A DNA stretch of 64,000 nucleotides from a virus (lineage: Duplodnaviria; Caudoviricetes), in the IMG/VR virus record IMGVR_UViG_3300032285_001531. One strand, written 5' to 3'. Made by a program: the position numbers and the translations under genes. Of the stretch, positions 62,071 to 64,000 are shown one piece after another. A model generated the notes under the pieces. That model was not told the origin of the DNA. It was given only the letters and a program-made list of their open reading frames with translations, and searched no databases. How positions within the stretch are numbered: the stretch's first letter is position 1; every line of letters starts with the position of its first letter.

Positions 62071-63307
62071 GCAACTTTTAACAAGATTAGAAAAAACTCA
62101 ATGGTTGAGTGAACAAGAATTGCAGCAGATGCAATATAATGCACTGAATTCAATAGTAAAACATCATAGAGAACAAAGTCCGTGGTACAAAAAACTTACT
62201 GAGAATGCTGAATCAGTTCCTATTATCAATAAGCATGATATACAACAAGCAGGTCATGAGTTTTTTGCACAAAAAGTATCACAGGATAACTTACCAGCTA
62301 ACACAGTTAAAACTTCAGGTAGCACAGGTGAGCCACTAGAAGTAAGAGTAGGTATTGTCACTGGTAATTTTCACAGTGCATTTTCAGTAAGAAACTTAAT
62401 ATGGAACTTTAAAGAAGAAAACTTAAAATCATCTATCATTAAAGCAAACATAGACAAGTATCAAGAAATGCCTGATTGGGGAAGTCCTTATAATCTTATA
62501 TTAAAGACTGGACCAGTTCAAGGTATCTCTATTAGAACAGACATACCAGAACAGAATAGAATACTCACAGAATTTCAACCTAATATACTATTAACATTCC
62601 CTAATAATCTACGTGCATTATGTGAACTATGGCGTGAAACTGGAGTGCCACTGAAAGACTTGAAGTACATACGAACAATGGGCGAGACTTGTACTGCTAG
62701 TATTAAGAAACTAGTTAAAGAAGTAACTGGATTAAAAGTAATAGATGTTTATAGCAGTCAGGAGTTAGGTGCAATAGCATTAACCTGTCCTGATTCAGAC
62801 TTATATCATACTATGGATGAGAATCTTATCGTAGAAATACTAGACGAGAATGATAAACCATGTGCTGTAGGACAAGAAGGTAGAGTTGTAGTCACTGACT
62901 TACACAATCAACTAAGTCCTATGATACGTTATGATGTAGGTGACTTTGCAGTGCGTGGACCTAAGTGCAGTTGTGGTAGAGGTCTACAAACTATTCATTC
63001 AGTATTAGGTAGACGTAGAAATCTGTTAGTACATCCAGACGGTCGTAGACATTGGCCGTTAATTGGATTTCATGACTTTGGCACTATCGCTAAAGTACGT
63101 AGATTTCAAATGGTTCAGCATAATTTAGAAAATATAGAACTACTGTTGGCTACAGAAATTAAGTTGACAGACGAACAGAAAGATAAATTTATAGAACTAT
63201 TACAAAAGTATACAGGACACGAATTTAAGATTACAGTTACCAATGTGATCGGAGATTTATCTGTACCGGCAAACGGAAAATTTGAGGACTTTATAAGCAA
63301 ATTATGA
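62063..63307 (+). CDS. Phenylacetate-CoA ligase/CapK-like adenylate-forming enzyme (ANL superfamily)
   Basis: KTSGSTGEP (A3), DVYSSQELG (A5), VVTDL.N..SP.IRYDVGD (A7), GRRRN (A8) and RRFQMVQ. Confidence 0.88.
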   Translation: MFEQLLTRLEKTQWLSEQELQQMQYNALNSIVKHHREQSPWYKKLTENAESVPIINKHDIQQAGHEFFAQKVSQDNLPANTVKTSGSTGEPLEVRVGIVTGNFHSAFSVRNLIWNFKEENLKSSIIKANIDKYQEMPDWGSPYNLILKTGPVQGISIRTDIPEQNRILTEFQPNILLTFPNNLRALCELWRETGVPLKDLKYIRTMGETCTASIKKLVKEVTGLKVIDVYSSQELGAIALTCPDSDLYHTMDENLIVEILDENDKPCAVGQEGRVVVTDLHNQLSPMIRYDVGDFAVRGPKCSCGRGLQTIHSVLGRRRNLLVHPDGRRHWPLIGFHDFGTIAKVRRFQMVQHNLENIELLLATEIKLTDEQKDKFIELLQKYTGHEFKITVTNVIGDLSVPANGKFEDFISKL

Positions 63308-63984
63308 TAACACATAGACCAGCAAACACTAGAAAACATATGAATCCTGGATGGATTGAAACATATCGTACATTCAGCAACAATTCATACTGGGATCCAA
63401 ATTATGTTAACTATTCATTACTTGAAGTTATAAACGATGATAGAGTACAGCCTAGAAACTGTGTACCTATTCATCAGCATATGGATATGGAAATCTTAGG
63501 ATATGTTATAGAGGGCGAATGCTATCACAATGACAGTCTATATAATATATTAAACGTAAAAGCAGGTGGCATACAGCGTATGAGTGCTGGACGTGGTATT
63601 TGGCACGTTGAGGGCAACATGGGAGATGTGCCTAATCATTACTTACAGATTTGGTTGCGCCCGAATAAGATGGGAGTACCCCCGAACTATGGCATGATCC
63701 AGTTCAGCAGGGAGCAAAAACTAAACAACTTCTTATGCGTAGCTAGTCAAACGGGTCCTATGATCATCCATAGTGATGCTATTGTACGGGCAGGGATCTT
63801 CACAGAGGATTACACTCAACCACTAAATTCAGAGAAAAAGTATTATCTATATATTATCAATGGATCTGCGACTATAAATGGGAAAGAATCCATTATGGGA
63901 GACGGTTATAGCTTTGAAAATGAAGTTATATTAACCATATCTGATGCTAACGACAGCGAAATGTTGCTTTTTGAATTACCTTAA
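63304..63984 (+). CDS. Pirin-family bicupin (YhhW-like)
   Basis: RTFS...Y.DP......L.VINDDRV.P......HQH.DMEI..YV.EG...H.DS, Q.MSAG.GI.H.E.N and LQIWL.P. Confidence 0.92.
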   Translation: MITHRPANTRKHMNPGWIETYRTFSNNSYWDPNYVNYSLLEVINDDRVQPRNCVPIHQHMDMEILGYVIEGECYHNDSLYNILNVKAGGIQRMSAGRGIWHVEGNMGDVPNHYLQIWLRPNKMGVPPNYGMIQFSREQKLNNFLCVASQTGPMIIHSDAIVRAGIFTEDYTQPLNSEKKYYLYIINGSATINGKESIMGDGYSFENEVILTISDANDSEMLLFELP

Positions 63985-64000
63985 GACATTCCAAAAACGA

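Noticed and set aside
1-64000. Stop-codon reassignment, as in some jumbo phages
   Set aside because: Long ORFs tile the window densely under the standard code, and genes end at TAA, TAG and TGA.

Overview
This AT-rich window comes from a large T4-like (contractile-tailed, probably jumbo) bacteriophage and reads in the standard genetic code. It holds neck and tail morphogenesis genes (gp15/gp14/gp13-like, a 1197-aa sheath, tube, gp48/54-like, gp4-like, possible small terminase). Next come putative internal-head proteins with T4-like capsid-targeting and protease-site motifs, and many mosaic fibre/baseplate proteins (LamG, C1q, Ig, SPRY, beta-propeller, Mtd-N, Hint). It also carries a GH19 endolysin, a 3TM holin-like gene, and host-like genes (MazG-like, dNMP kinase, DnaE fragment, GroES, clamp loader, PhoH, DnaJ, ClpA, papain protease, methyltransferase, PaaK/CapK-like ligase, pirin). 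The best candidates for new biology are: (1) a 1254-aa protein joining three unrelated nucleotidyl-transfer folds with prohead-protease-like sites, next to a glycosyltransferase and another nucleotidyltransferase; (2) a recurring layout where a TAAATA late promoter sits in a hairpin hiding the RBS, or fires directly at a leaderless ATG; (3) a DnaE fragment ending just before the catalytic motif; (4) a Hint-domain virion protein; (5) a methyltransferase-adenylating ligase-pirin cassette. All family assignments come from motifs recognised by eye; no database search was run. No tRNA, rRNA, CRISPR array or reverse transcriptase was seen.
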